Of a stretch of 64,000 bases of DNA, positions 29,250 to 40,643 are shown one piece after another; within the stretch, counting starts at the first letter, position 1, and each line of letters begins with the position of its first letter. The translations under genes and the position numbers were made by a program. Location of the stretch: positions 384,001 to 448,000 of the forward strand of contig CAVYGB010000002.1 of the NCBI GenBank assembly GCA_963767925.1, given 5' to 3'. This stretch comes from an uncultured delta proteobacterium (GTDB taxonomy: Bacteria > Myxococcota_A > Polyangia > Fen-1088). Below the pieces are notes generated by a model. The model had not been told where the DNA came from. It did not search any database and worked only from the letters and a program-made list of their open reading frames with translations.

Positions 29250-32200
29250 ATGCAATGGCTCGCCAGCGTCAGCGTGCGCCGCCCCGTGTTCGCCACCGTG
29301 ATGGTCCTCGGCATCTGCGTCCTCGGCCTGGCCGGGTACAGCCAGCTCGGGGTCGATCGCTTCCCCCGCATCGATGCCCCCTTCATCACGGTCAACACCC
29401 GCCTGCCGGGCGCGGCCCCCGAGGAGGTCGAGACCGAGGTCACCGACAAGCTGGAAGAGACGCTGAACACCATCAGCGGCATCGACGAGCTGCGCTCGGT
29501 GTCGAGCGAGGGGATCTCCCTCGTCTTCCTGAGCTTCAAGCTCGACAAGGACGTCAACGTCGCCGCCCAGGAGGTGCGCGACAAGGTGAACCTGGCGCTG
29601 CCCCGCCTGCCCCGGGACATCGAGCAGCCGACGGTCATGCGCATCGACCCCTCCGCCACCCCCGCCCTGTTCATCGCGGTCAACGGCGCGCTGTCGATCC
29701 GGGAGATGACCGAGGTGGCCGACAAGATCGTCCGCCGTCAGATCGAGAACGTCAGCGGCGTCGGCGAGGTGGTCCTGCTGGGCGGACGCGACCGGCAGGT
29801 GAACGTCTGGATCGACCCCCTCAAGCTGCGGGCCTTCGGCCTGACCGCCTCCGACGTGCAGCGGGCCGTCGCCAGCCAGAACCTCAGCCTGCCCGCCGGC
29901 TCGCTGCAGGCGGGCCAGGGGCAGCAGACCCTGCGCCTGCGCGGCCGCGTCGCAGAGCCCGCAGGAGCTCGGGGAACCTGGTGCTGCGCAACCAGGACGG
30001 CCGGCTGGTGCGGGTGGCCGACGTGGCCCGCATCGAGGACGGGCAGGAGGAGGGCGCAGACCCTGGCCATGCGCAACGGCGAGCCGGCGGTGGTGCTGTC
30101 GGTCAAGCAAGCAGGCCGACGCCAACACGGTGTCGGTCGTCGACGCCGTCCGCGAGCGGATGGCCGACATGGTCCCCCTGCTGCCGGCGGGCGTGACCCT
30201 GGAGGTCGTCCGCGACAACTCCGAGACCATCCGCACCAGCATCAGCGCGGTCACCGAGCACCTGGTGCTGGGCGCCATCTTCGCCGCGCTCATCGTGCTG
30301 CTGTTCCTGGGCCACCTGCGCAGCACCATGATCGCCGCGCTGGCCATCCCCATCTCGCTCGTCGGCACCTTCGCCCTGATGTGGATCCAGGGCTTCACCC
30401 TCAACACCATCACGCTGCTGGCGCTGGCGCTGGCGGTCGGCATCGTCATCGACGACGCCATCGTCGTGCTGGAGAACATCTTCCGCTACGTGCACGACAA
30501 GAAGCTGGCCCCCCGCCAGGCGGCGGTCGTCGCCACCAAGGAGATCGGGCTGGCCGTGCTGGCGACCACCCTGTCGCTGCTGGCGGTGTTCCTGCCGGTC
30601 GCCTTCATGGGCGGCATCGTGGGGCGCTTCCTGCAGAGCTTCGGCCTCACGATGGCCTTCGCCATCGCCATCTCGCTGTTCGTCAGCTTCACGCTGACGC
30701 CCATGCTGGCCGCAAGTGGCTAAGGCCGCCCGCCCGGTGGCCGAGGGGGAGCGGGCCCGGCGCAAGCCGGTGCTCGAGCGCATGGTCGACGGCTTCTATC
30801 AGCCGCTCGAGCGGGCCTACATGACGCTGCTGGCCTGGGTGATGCGCCACCGCTGGGTGGTGGTGCTGGCCGCCGGTGCTGACCCTGGTCGCCACCGTGC
30901 CGCTGATGGGGGCGGTCAAGAAGGGCTTTCTTGCCCGAGAGCGACGAGGCCCACTTCGAGATCAACCTGCGCGCCCCCGAGGGGACCAACCTCGAGGCGA
31001 CCGGCATCATCGCCGAGCGCATCGCCCGCGAGGTGCAGCAAGATCCCCGGCGTGCAGTTCACCCTCACCACCATCGGCGACAACGCCCAGCGCTCGCCCA
31101 ACGTGGGCAACATCTACGTCAAGCTCAGCGACCCCACCGCGCGGGAGGAGTCGCAGGAGCGTGCTGATGGAGCGCGTGCGCCAGGAGGTGCTGACCCAGG
31201 AAGCCGGCCGACCTGAAGGCCGACGTCTCGCTGGTGCCCATCATGTCGGGCGGCCTGGCCCAGGCGATGATCATGTACGACCTGTCGGGGCCGGATCTGC
31301 AGGAGCTGGAGCGCTACTCCGAGCGGATCGTCGCCTCGATGAAGAAGATCCCCGGCGCGGTCGACGTCAGCAGCACGCTGGTGACCGGCAAGCCCGAGGT
31401 GGCGGTGCAGATCGACCGGGAGCGGGCCGCCGACCTCGGCGTGTCGGTGGCCGACGTGGCCTCGGCCCTGCAGCTGCTGGTGGGCGGCGATGAAGGTGTC
31501 GACCTACGAGGAGGCGGGGCAGCAGATCGAGGTGCGGGCCCGCGCCGAGCGGCAGTTCCGGGCCGACGCCGACGGCCTGCGCGTCCTCACCGTCCCCTCG
31601 ACCAGGCTGGGCACGGTGCCCCTGACCGACATCGTCACGCTGGAGACGGGCGACGGCCCCGCCCAGATCAACCGCCTCAACCGGCGCCGGCAGGTGACCT
31701 TCATGGCCAACGTCGTCGCCCGGCTTCTCCGAGGCGGCGGTGCTGGACGGGGTCAAGGCGGCCGTCGCCGCCGAGAAGATGCCCGCCGGCTACATCGCCA
31801 TGCCGATGGGCCGCTCCAAGGAGATGGCCAAGGCCGGGCAAGGCCTTCCTGCTCGCCTTCCTGCTGGCCATCGTCTTCATGTACCTGATCCTGGCGGCGC
31901 AGTTCGAGTCCTGGCTGCACCCGGTGACCATCCTGCTGGCCCTGCCGCTGACCCTGCCGTTCGCCATCCTGTCGCTCATCCTGCTCGGGCAGTCGCTCAA
32001 CATCTTCTCCGGCGCTGGGCATCCTGGTGCTGTTCGCGGTCGTCAAGAAGAACGCCATCTTGCAGATCGACCACACCAACCACCTGCGCGGCCGAGGGCA
32101 TGGCCCGCGCTCGACGCCATCCTGCTGGCCAACAAGGACCGGCTGCGGCCCATCTTGATGACCACGCTGGCCTTCGTGGCCGGCATGATCCCGCTGGTGC

Positions 32201-32452
32201 TGTCCGACGGGCATCGGCGCCGGGTTCAACCAGGCCACCGCCGGCGTGGTGGTCGGCGGGCAGATGCTGTCGCTGCTGCTGACCCTGGTGGCCACGCCGG
32301 TCGCCTACTCGCTGTTCGACGACGCCCGCGCCTGGCTGGCCCGCCGCACCGGGAGCGCCGCCGGCAATCTCAATCCGGACGAGACCGGCGAGCTCCCCCT
32401 CGACGGCAGCGCCCCCGCGCGCCCCGCCCTCCCCCAGCTCGCCCGCAACTGA
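29250..32452 (+). CDS. RND efflux permease (AcrB/AcrD/AcrF family; many frameshifts)
   Basis: [82 protein letters not shown]. Confidence 0.92.
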
Positions 32453-32512
32453 CCCGGGCCGCGACGAGGGAGGCGGGTGCGGTCGGCGAGGTGGGCGGTG
32501 GCGGGTGCGGTG

Positions 32513-32911
32513 TCAGGGCTGGTCGGGGTTCGCGAGGCTCATCACCTCCCGCACCTCGATCGCCATGTTGAGGGGCTTGCCGTCCGGCCCCGGCGCCGCC
32601 GAGGCGTGGGCGGCGATGGCCTGGGCCCGCTCCGGGCTGTCGACGTCGATGATCCAGTAGCCGGCCAGGAACTCCTTCGTCTCGGGGAAGACGCCGTCGG
32701 TGATCGGCTGGCCACCCTGCCCGGCCCGCACCCGCCTGGCGCGGGCCGGGGGCGACAGGGCCTCGACGGCGACCAGCTCGCCCGCCTCCTGCAGGCCCTC
32801 GTTGAGCGCGCGCCAGTAGTCGCCGTGGGCCTTCACCGCCTCGGGCGCCCAGCTGAAGATCTCGTAGCTCCCGTCGCCGCGCGGGGTGTTCATCATGAGC
32901 ATGTATTTCAT
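32513..32911 (-). CDS. YciI-family protein
   Basis: MKYMLM, ITDGVFPETKEFLAGYWIIDV, IEVREV. Confidence 0.9.
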   Translation of the reverse strand: MKYMLMMNTPRGDGSYEIFSWAPEAVKAHGDYWRALNEGLQEAGELVAVEALSPPARARRVRAGQGGQPITDGVFPETKEFLAGYWIIDVDSPERAQAIAAHASAAPGPDGKPLNMAIEVREVMSLANPDQP

Positions 32912-32916
32912 CGCGC

Positions 32917-33483
32917 TCAGCCTACCCGGTAGCGGAGGTTGACCACACCCGCGGCGAGCGGGCGGCTGTCGATGAGCTGCAGGCGGGTGGTGGGCACCCC
33001 CTCCTCGAACAGCCGCTTGCCGGCGCCCACCACGATGGGCTGGACCAGGAGGTGAACCTCGTCGACGAGCCCCAGCGGCAGCAGGGAGCGGACCAGCGCG
33101 GCGCTGCCGAAGATGAGGATGTCTTGCCCGGGCTGCTGCTGGAGCTCACGAATTTTGCCCGCCACGTTGCCGTCGAGGATGGTCGTGTTGTTCCAGTCGG
33201 CCCGCTTCAGGGTGTTCGAGGCGACGTATTTCGGGAGGCTGTTGAGCCGGTCGGCGATGCCCATCTCGTTGTTCTTCAGCCTGGACCAGTACTGCGACAG
33301 CATCTCGTAGGTGACCCGCCCGAACAGCAGGGCGTCGGCGGCGTGGATGGCGGCGTCGATGATCTGCCCGCGCTCGTCGGTGTGGTAGGGGGCGAACCAG
33401 GTGTCCAGGGTGCTCGCGTCGAACACCCCGTCCAGGGTGGTCCACTCCGAGGCGATGACCTTTCTCGTCCGTGCTTTTTCCAT
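32917..33483 (-). CDS. Dihydrofolate reductase-like (RibD C-terminal) protein
   Basis: RKVIASEWTTLDGV, LLFGRVTYE, PKYVASNTL, DILIFGSA, LVDEVHL, GAGKRLF. Confidence 0.9.
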   Translation of the reverse strand: MEKARTRKVIASEWTTLDGVFDASTLDTWFAPYHTDERGQIIDAAIHAADALLFGRVTYEMLSQYWSRLKNNEMGIADRLNSLPKYVASNTLKRADWNNTTILDGNVAGKIRELQQQPGQDILIFGSAALVRSLLPLGLVDEVHLLVQPIVVGAGKRLFEEGVPTTRLQLIDSRPLAAGVVNLRYRVG

Positions 33484-33810
33484 GGTGCGTACCTTCCTTT
33501 CACCGGCTGGTCGGAGCCGCCGGGCGGGGCTCGACATCGCGGGCGCGATTTTCTTCTCGGGGAGGACTTTGCGTCCTGCGCAGCGCGCTGAATGCCCGGC
33601 CTGCCCCGTAGGCCGGGCCGGCAGGCGGGACGATTTGCGGGTTCCACCCACAGCGCCGGCGCCGGCCGGGGCCGGCGCCGGTCGCCGCCGCCGGGCATGA
33701 TCGGCGGGGCGTGGCGTCGGCGCCGGCCCGGAGCCGCGCGGGGCGGCGGAAAGGACGGGATGCGAGAGCCACGGCAGGCCGCAAAGGTTCCCCCGGCGGC
33801 GGCGCGCGCG

Positions 33811-34629
33811 ATGAACGCGCCGGAGGTTCGGCCACTGCGCCCCGCGATCCGGGCGGGATCAGCGGGGCGGTTCGGCCGAGAGCCGAGGTTTCCCGGAAGG
33901 GCGCCGCTGGCGGGGTCGGCGGCGCGCTTCGGGGGGGTGCTGGCCCTCGCGCTGCTCGCGGGGTGTGCGCGGCAGGCGGGGGGGCGGGCGGCGAGCGGGG
34001 CGATGGACACCGTGAGGGAGAAGGTCCAGCAAGGCGCACCGCCGGAGCAGAGCCCGGTCGAGATCGTGGCCGGCCGGGCCGTCGATGGCGCCCTCGATCG
34101 CCTGACCGCGCCCGAACACGTGGCGGCCCTGCGCCGGCTCATCGAGGAAGCAGCTGCTGGCGCGGTGGCCAGCGCGCTCCACGCTGCCGGCGACCCGCAG
34201 GCCGGTGAGGACGACGGACGGCTCGACCGGCTGGCCACCCGGGCGGCGACCGCGGTGCGGACCGCCCTGGCCGCGGGCCTCGTCGAGGACCTCGGCCCGC
34301 AGGGGCGGGGCCCCCTCGGCCACAGCTTCGCGGCGACGGTGGGCAGCGCGACCGGCTCGGCGACAGACGCCGCCCTCGCCCGCCTCGACTGCGAGCCGGG
34401 AGACGCCCGCTGCCTCGATCGCCGCCTGGCCGAGATCAGCCAGAGCGCCGCCAACGGCTTTCTGCGCGGCGTGCGCGATTCGCTGGGCGTCGGCCTGCTG
34501 ATCCTCGCCTTTCTCGCCGGCGCCGCCGCCGCCACCATCGTGAGCCTCGGCATCGCCCTCGCCCGCCGTCCCCGCCCCCCCACCCCGGTCGCCGACCGCC
34601 CCCGCGACTGGGCCGTCAAACCCGGCTGA
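33811..34629 (+). CDS. Hypothetical lipoprotein with a C-terminal TM helix (start uncertain)
   Basis: LALALLAGC lipobox, Ala-rich helical body, C-terminal hydrophobic segment. Confidence 0.55.
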   Translation: MNAPEVRPLRPAIRAGSAGRFGREPRFPGRAPLAGSAARFGGVLALALLAGCARQAGGRAASGAMDTVREKVQQGAPPEQSPVEIVAGRAVDGALDRLTAPEHVAALRRLIEEAAAGAVASALHAAGDPQAGEDDGRLDRLATRAATAVRTALAAGLVEDLGPQGRGPLGHSFAATVGSATGSATDAALARLDCEPGDARCLDRRLAEISQSAANGFLRGVRDSLGVGLLILAFLAGAAAATIVSLGIALARRPRPPTPVADRPRDWAVKPG

Positions 34630-34692
34630 CCGCCCCCCGGGCCGAATTAGAATTCGGCTACTCGGGAGATGATCGAAGCAAGTCCGCCAGCC

Positions 34693-34737
34693 GTTCGCCC
34701 TCGCCCCGCGGCAGCGGGGAGAGGGAGGGGTGAGGGG
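34693..34737. repeat. REP-like single arm between convergent genes
   Basis: GTTCGCCCTCGCCCCGCGGCAGCGGGGAGAGGGAGGGGTGAGGGG, nearly identical to 27179-27223. Confidence 0.85.
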
Positions 34738-34753
34738 CTCCGGCGTCAGCGGT

Positions 34754-35842
34754 TCACACCGTTCGTCGCTCCAGACGAGAACCGTCGGGCTGAAACAGGT
34801 GCAGGCGGTCCCGGCGCAGGCGCAGGGGGAGCTCGGCCCCCTCGGTCACCGCCTGCTCGGCCGGGACCAGCACCCGCAGGGGCTGGCCGTCGAGCTGGGC
34901 GTGGCAGAGCAGGGTCGCGCCGAGCGGCTCGACCAGATCGATCCGGACGCGGCCGTCGGCCTCCCGGTCGTCTCCCTCGGCGCCGAGGAGCACGTCCTGC
35001 GGGCGCACGCCGAGGTCGAGGGGAGCGCCCTCTGGCAGATGCGCGGGCAGGTCGGGCAGGCGCAGGGTCAGGCCAGCGCAGCTCAGCGCCCCACCAGGGG
35101 CGACCCGCGCGGGCAACACGTTCATCTCGGGCGAGCCGACGAAGCTGGCGACGAAGCGGCTGGCCGGGCGCTGGTAGACCTCGAGAGGTGGGGCCACCTG
35201 CTCGAGCCGGCCGGCCCGCATGACCGCCACCCGATCGCCGAGGGTCATCGCCTCCTCCTGGTCGTGGGTGACGTAGACCATGGTGGCGCCAAGCCGCCGC
35301 TGCAGGCGCCCCAGCTCGGTGCGGGTGTGGACGCGCAGCTTGGCGTCGAGGTTGGAGAGCGGCTCGTCGAGCAGGTAGGCCCGGGCCTGGCGGGCGATGG
35401 CCCGCCCGAGCGCCACCCGCTGGCGCTGGCCCCCGGAGAGCTGGCCCGGCTTGCGGTCGAGCAGGCCGGCGAGGTCGAGCAGCGCGGCCACCTCGCCCAC
35501 CCGGGCCGCGATGGCGGCGCGCTCCACCCCCCGCATGCGCAGCCCGAAGGCGAGGTTCTCGCGCACGCTCTTGTGCGGGTAGAGGGCGTAGTCCTGGAAG
35601 ACCATGGCCACGTCGCGGGCCTGCGGCGGCGCGGCGGTGACGTCCTCGCCGTCCATCCAGATGCGCCCGGCCCCGGGCTGCTCGAGGCCGGCCAGCAGCC
35701 GCAAGATCGTGCTCTTGCCGCAGCCCGAGGGGCCCACCAGCACGAACAGCTCGCCGTCGGCGATCTCGAGGTCGAGATCGTCGACCGCCCGCTGGCCCCC
35801 CGGGAACTGCTTGCGCACGCCCTGCAGGCGAATGGCGGCCAT
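34754..35842 (-). CDS. Sugar ABC transporter ATP-binding protein (MalK/SugC-like)
   Basis: [51 protein letters not shown]-like tail. Confidence 0.95.
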   Translation of the reverse strand: MAAIRLQGVRKQFPGGQRAVDDLDLEIADGELFVLVGPSGCGKSTILRLLAGLEQPGAGRIWMDGEDVTAAPPQARDVAMVFQDYALYPHKSVRENLAFGLRMRGVERAAIAARVGEVAALLDLAGLLDRKPGQLSGGQRQRVALGRAIARQARAYLLDEPLSNLDAKLRVHTRTELGRLQRRLGATMVYVTHDQEEAMTLGDRVAVMRAGRLEQVAPPLEVYQRPASRFVASFVGSPEMNVLPARVAPGGALSCAGLTLRLPDLPAHLPEGAPLDLGVRPQDVLLGAEGDDREADGRVRIDLVEPLGATLLCHAQLDGQPLRVLVPAEQAVTEGAELPLRLRRDRLHLFQPDGSRLERRTV

Positions 35843-35865
35843 GGGCTATCGCCCCTCCGTCCGGG

Positions 35866-36684
35866 TCATCGGATCGACCCCGCGGTCAGGCCGCCCACGA
35901 TGCGACGCTGGAAGACCAGCACCAGCAGGACCACGGGCAACGTCGAGAGGACGGTGGCGGCGAGGATCTGGCCCCAGGGGATCTGGTGCTGGCCGCGGAG
36001 CAGGGCCACCGCCACCGACACCGTCTGCCGCTCGGGACCGGTGGTGAAGGAGAGGGCGAACAGGAACTCGTTCCAGCAATAGATGAAGGTCAAGATGGCG
36101 GTGGTGGCGAGGCCGGGCATCGCGATCGGCAAGACGATCTCCCAGAGGGTGCGCAGGCGGCCGGCGCCGTCCACCATGGCCGCCGCCTCCAGGTCCCGGG
36201 GGAGCTGGCGGAAGTAGCCGGTCAGCAGCCAGACCACCAGCGGCATGGCGAAGGTGAAGTAGGGCAACACCAGGCCGGGGTAGGTGTTGATCAGCCCGAG
36301 CGCACGCAGGCCGAGGTAGAGGGGCGAGACGACCGCGATCTGCGGGAAGACGCTCACCGCGAGCACGAGGGCGGTCAGGGCGTTGCGCCCCCGGAACTGC
36401 AGGCGGGCGATGGCGTAGGCGGCCAGGGCGCCCAGCGAGACACAGACAACCGTGGTGGAGGCCGCCACCACCAGGGAGTTCCGGAGCGGCATCCAGAAGT
36501 CGCGCTCGGCGAACAGGGCCCGGTAGTGCTCGAGCCCGAGCCGGTCGGGGCGCAGGCCCACCCCCTGGTAAAGGTGGGCCTCGGGCAGCAACGAGGAGAT
36601 CAGCGCCCAGTAGAGGGGAAAGGCGATGGCGAGCACGAGCGCCCCCACCGCTGCCCGGGCCGCCCAGCGCCCGAAGCCCGTCAC
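35866..36684 (-). CDS. Carbohydrate ABC permease (MalG/SugB-like)
   Basis: NSLVVA, LEAAAMVDGA (EAA motif), CWNEFLFAL, FQRRIVGGLTAG. Confidence 0.93.
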   Translation of the reverse strand: MTGFGRWAARAAVGALVLAIAFPLYWALISSLLPEAHLYQGVGLRPDRLGLEHYRALFAERDFWMPLRNSLVVAASTTVVCVSLGALAAYAIARLQFRGRNALTALVLAVSVFPQIAVVSPLYLGLRALGLINTYPGLVLPYFTFAMPLVVWLLTGYFRQLPRDLEAAAMVDGAGRLRTLWEIVLPIAMPGLATTAILTFIYCWNEFLFALSFTTGPERQTVSVAVALLRGQHQIPWGQILAATVLSTLPVVLLVLVFQRRIVGGLTAGSIR

Positions 36685-38942
36685 CGGCGGGTCCCTTCGC
36701 TGGCGCCAGGCCCGGCGCCGGCGAGCGCGCGGGTGTACAGGAGGGCCAGGCCGAAGGCCACCGCGAACACCACCACCGAGAGGGCCGAGCCGTAGCCGAA
36801 GCGCAGGTGGTGCAGCAGGGCGGCGAAGGTGTAGAGCGCCACCGGCTCGGTCGCCGTGCCGGGGCCGCCGCCGGTCAGCACGTAGACCAGGTCGAAGACG
36901 CGGAAGGCGTCGAGGCTGCGAAAGACCAAGACCACCAGCAGCGCGGGACGCAGCAACGGCAGCGTGATGTGCCAGAGCTGGCGGGCCGGGGTGGCCCCGT
37001 CAGTCCGGGCGGCCTCGTACAGGCGCGGGTCGATGCTCTGCAGCCCGGCCAGCAGCAGCAGGGCCACGAAGGGGGTCGTCTTCCAGATGTCGGCGAGCAG
37101 CAGGGGGACCCAGGCCAGCAGCGGCCGGGAGAACCAGGCCGGCCCGGCGTCGACGAGGCCGCTGGCGGCGAGCAACCGGTTGACCACCCCGACGTCGGCG
37201 AACATGAACTGCCAGACCAGCGCCGCCACGACGGTGGGCAGGGCCCAGGGCAGCAGGACGGTGGTGCGGAGCAGGCCGCGCCCGCGGGTCACGTGGTGCA
37301 GGGCGAGGGCCAGCACCAGGCCCAGCACGACCTCGGCGCCGACGGTGATGGCGGTGAACACCGCCGTGTGGGCCAGCGCCTCCCAGAAGCGGGCGGCGCC
37401 GAGCAGCTCGCCGTAGTTGGCCAGGCCGATGAAGGGGCGGCCCTGGGCGGGCAAGCGGAGGTCGTGCTGGTGCAGCGACTCCCACGCCGTCCAGAGCAGC
37501 GGGGCGAACCCCACGAGGGCCATCACGGTGAGGGCAGGGGCGAGCAGCGCCCAGGCGACCGGTCCATCGGCGCTCCGCTCGGGGGCGTCGGGTTCGCCGC
37601 GGCGGCGATGGCGGCGGCGGCGCCAGAGGAGAGCCGCCGCGGCGAGGACGAGCGCGAGCAGGGTGGCCCCGGCGAGGGGCGCCCGGCCGCCGGCCGTCGG
37701 GCGCGCGGTGGCCTGGGCCAGGATCCGCCGCATGCGCTCGGCCGCGGCGGCGAGGGCGGCGGCGGGCGCCTTCTGCCGGGTGAGGGCGGCGTGCAGCTCC
37801 ACCTGCAGCGCCGCCGAGGTCTCGGCGTAGAGCGGTGTCACCGGCCGGGCCACCGCCCGCTCGACGATGGCCCGCACGTCCGCCACCGGCACGGAGAGCG
37901 CGCGGGCCAGGCGCGGATCGTCGTAGAGGGATCGCCGCGCCGGGTATTGCCCCGCCAGGCGCGCCCGCTCGAGGCTCTGCTCGGGCGCGGTGAGGAAGCG
38001 GACCAGCTCGACCGCCGCCTCCGGGTGCGCCGAGCGGGCGTTGACCGCCAGCCGCGCCCCGCCGAGCGCCGCCGCCGGACGCCCGCCCGGCCCGGCCGGC
38101 AAGGCGGCCACCCCCACCCGCCCGGCCACCTGCGACCCCGCCGCGTCCGCCAGCAAGGGATAGGCGTAGGGCCAGTTGCGCATGAAGGCCGCCTGCCCGT
38201 TCTGAAAGGCGAAGCGCACCGGCTCCTCCTGCCAGGCCAGCGCAGCCTCCGGCACCAGCCCGGATCGCACCGAATCGCACATGAAGGCGAGCGCCCGCAG
38301 CGCCGCAGGCTCGTCGAGCCGCACCCGCCCCCCCTCGTCGAGGATCCGCCCGCCGAACGCCGCCAGGTGCTCGACGAACACCGTGACGAGCCCCTCGTAG
38401 CGGGCCCCCTGCCAGACGAACCCGTAACGGGCTCGCCCCGACCGCACCAGCGCCAGCCCCTGGTCCCGCAGCGCCAGGAGGTCCACCGGCGGCGCCGGCA
38501 CCAGGTCCCGCCGGTAATACAACATCCCCACGTCGACGAAGATCGGCAGCGCGAACAGCCGCCCCTCGAAGCGATCCGCCGCCAGCACCTGGGGAAAGAA
38601 GTCCGCCGCCTCGCTCTCGAGCGCGTCGAGCGGTCGAACCCACCCCGCCGAAGCCAGCTCCGGCGTCCAGACCACATCGAGCTGGAGAACATCGGGCTGC
38701 CGCGCCCCCGCGTTCAACCACTGCACATAGAGATGGTGCCGCTGATCCGCCCCATCCGGCGTCGGCTGCCGCGTGACCGTCCACCCCCGCTGCCCCCGCT
38801 CGAACGCCGCAAGCTGCCGTTCGAACACGGCCCCCTCCGCCCCCACCGCACTCCCAGAGAACACCAGCTCCGGCATGGAAGCGCCATCATAGAGGATCAC
38901 CAGCGCTGCGCCCGCGCGCCGGGGCAATTCGCCGCGATTCAC
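36681..38942 (-). CDS. Fused sugar-binding protein + permease (trehalose/maltose-like; start uncertain, 38876 or 38942)
   Basis: SBP part PDVLQLDVVWTPE, DVGMLYYRRDL, WQGARYEGL, FMRNWPYAY, LGG; in frame with permease FIGLANY, LLPWALPTVV, DIWKTTPF, LYEAARTDGA. Confidence 0.88.
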   Translation of the reverse strand: MNRGELPRRAGAALVILYDGASMPELVFSGSAVGAEGAVFERQLAAFERGQRGWTVTRQPTPDGADQRHHLYVQWLNAGARQPDVLQLDVVWTPELASAGWVRPLDALESEAADFFPQVLAADRFEGRLFALPIFVDVGMLYYRRDLVPAPPVDLLALRDQGLALVRSGRARYGFVWQGARYEGLVTVFVEHLAAFGGRILDEGGRVRLDEPAALRALAFMCDSVRSGLVPEAALAWQEEPVRFAFQNGQAAFMRNWPYAYPLLADAAGSQVAGRVGVAALPAGPGGRPAAALGGARLAVNARSAHPEAAVELVRFLTAPEQSLERARLAGQYPARRSLYDDPRLARALSVPVADVRAIVERAVARPVTPLYAETSAALQVELHAALTRQKAPAAALAAAAERMRRILAQATARPTAGGRAPLAGATLLALVLAAAALLWRRRRHRRRGEPDAPERSADGPVAWALLAPALTVMALVGFAPLLWTAWESLHQHDLRLPAQGRPFIGLANYGELLGAARFWEALAHTAVFTAITVGAEVVLGLVLALALHHVTRGRGLLRTTVLLPWALPTVVAALVWQFMFADVGVVNRLLAASGLVDAGPAWFSRPLLAWVPLLLADIWKTTPFVALLLLAGLQSIDPRLYEAARTDGATPARQLWHITLPLLRPALLVVLVFRSLDAFRVFDLVYVLTGGGPGTATEPVALYTFAALLHHLRFGYGSALSVVVFAVAFGLALLYTRALAGAGPGASEGTRR

Positions 38943-39126
38943 GCCGAGGGTTGGTCCCAGGTGAGGGCGAGCCCCGGCGATGGCGGGCGCCTCGGGCGCG
39001 CGAACCGCCGGGGCGCGAACCGCGGGGGAGCGGGGTGCGCGAGCGGGGTGCGGGGTGCGGGAGCGGGCCCGGCATCGCGCGCGGGGAACGTGGTCTCGGC
39101 TGCGAGCGGGCGGTGGGACCGTCCGT

Positions 39127-39510
39127 TCAGAGGACGATCGCGATGGGGCCGGGCAACGGCGCGGCGGGCGCGGCGAGCTGGGCGAGCAGACGGTGGACCT
39201 CCACCATGAGCGCCGCGACCGGCATCTCGCCCAGCAGCGGCCCGGGTCCACGCGACAACTTCTCGAGCCCCTTGCCGAGGAGCCCGGCCGCCGGACCGCG
39301 CCGCCCACCCTGCAGGTGGTGCAGCCCCGCCGCGATCTGGATGAGCCCCTGAACCCGCACCCGCTCGATCCCGACGGGCGCGTGCCAGACATCCTCCCAG
39401 TGCTCGTGCGCCTCGAAGTACCGCCCAGCATTGAAGGCCACCCGTCCCTCTTCGAGCCGCTCCCGCCAGAGGTCCTTCGCACCCGGGGACACCAGCATCG
39501 ACTGTGGCAC
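39127..39510 (-). CDS. DUF309 domain protein
   Basis: FNAGRYFEAHEHWEDVW, QGLIQIAAGLHH. Start approximate. Confidence 0.85.
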   Translation of the reverse strand: MPQSMLVSPGAKDLWRERLEEGRVAFNAGRYFEAHEHWEDVWHAPVGIERVRVQGLIQIAAGLHHLQGGRRGPAAGLLGKGLEKLSRGPGPLLGEMPVAALMVEVHRLLAQLAAPAAPLPGPIAIVL

Positions 39511-39766
39511 GTCGCCCGGAGATCCGGCAAGGCGGCCACCGGTCGACCCCGTACGGTCCCCCCTCACCACCAGCTCGCCCACTCGCCCCCTTTTCACCAC
39601 TCGCCCACCCGCCCGCGGGCCCCCTTCCCACTCGCCGACTCGCCGGCGCGGACTCGCCCTCACGGCGGCGGGACCTTGCCCGTGATGTGCGCCGGCGTTA
39701 CCTTGGCCCGGGGTGGACGGCGGGTTGTCGTCGCGCCCAGGATTCACCCGACGGAAGGCCACGGCG

Positions 39767-40102
39767 ATGAAGAAATTTCTCGTTCTCTACAAGGCCCCCA
39801 CCGCATCGTTCGAGCAGATGATGAAGGCCACGCCGGAGCAGCAGAAGGCCGGCATGGACGCCTGGATGGCCTGGGCCACCAAGGCCGGCCCCTCGATCGT
39901 CGACATGGGCGCCCCCCTCGGCAAGAGCCTCCAGGTCACCCCCACGGGCGCCTCCCCCATCAAGAACGACCTCGGCGGCTACTCGATCATGCAAGCCGAC
40001 TCCAAAGAAGCCCTCGCCGAGACCATGAAGGGCCACCCCCACTTCATGACCCCCAGCGGCACCGTCGAAATCACCGAGCTGATGCCCCTCCCCGGCACGT
40101 AG
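39767..40102 (+). CDS. YciI-like protein
   Basis: MKKFLVLY, GMDAWMAW, IVDMGAPLG, GGYSIMQA, HPH, VEITE. Confidence 0.8.
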   Translation: MKKFLVLYKAPTASFEQMMKATPEQQKAGMDAWMAWATKAGPSIVDMGAPLGKSLQVTPTGASPIKNDLGGYSIMQADSKEALAETMKGHPHFMTPSGTVEITELMPLPGT

Positions 40103-40346
40103 ACGCCCGGGCGCCAGGTGACGCCGGGGCGCCGGGGCCTCGATCGCCAATCGGCGGCCGCGGTCCCCGCCCGTGGCGGCCTGGGAGGTCGAGCACCCGC
40201 AGCCTCGACTTGGAGCTCTCACGCCCGGGTCGCTCCGCCAGTGGCCCCGTTCCGACCTCGGACACCCGCCCGACGTGAAATCCTCCCGCCTCGAGCGGAA
40301 CGGTCTTGATCTTTTACTGCGATCATACTATTATCGCCCCATTCAA

Positions 40347-40643
40347 ATGACAATTGGCCCGCGTTGCGCTCAGCTCGCCTTGCCCCGGACCGGCGGGTGG
40401 GGAGGGCGACGGAGAGGGGCCGGGCGGCCGCCGATTCCGGGGCGGAGGCGGCTGGTGCCGCATCGGACGCGGCTGGCGCACAAGGGGGCTCACCCTTTGC
40501 ACGTGACCTTGCGCGCGAGGGCGGGCTTGCTCTCGCTGCGGTCGAAGCGGGTGTTCGGGGTGCTGCGGGCGTGTTTCCGGGCGGCGAGCCCGGCGGCCTT
40601 CCGGGTGGTGCAGTTTTCGGTGCAGGCCAACCACGTGCACCTG
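40347..40643 (+). pseudogene. N-terminal fragment of an IS200/RAYT-like HUH (Y1) transposase
   Basis: QLAL, GWGGRRRGAGRP, PLHVTLR, SLRS, FRVVQFSVQANHVHL (HUH motif). Similarity stops right after HVHL, so the catalytic Tyr region is missing. Confidence 0.75.

Noticed and set aside
27250..32452. REP-mediated inversion separating tolC from MFP-RND
   Set aside because: Each unit has its own sigma54-like promoter and RBS, and no REP lies at the RND 3' end.
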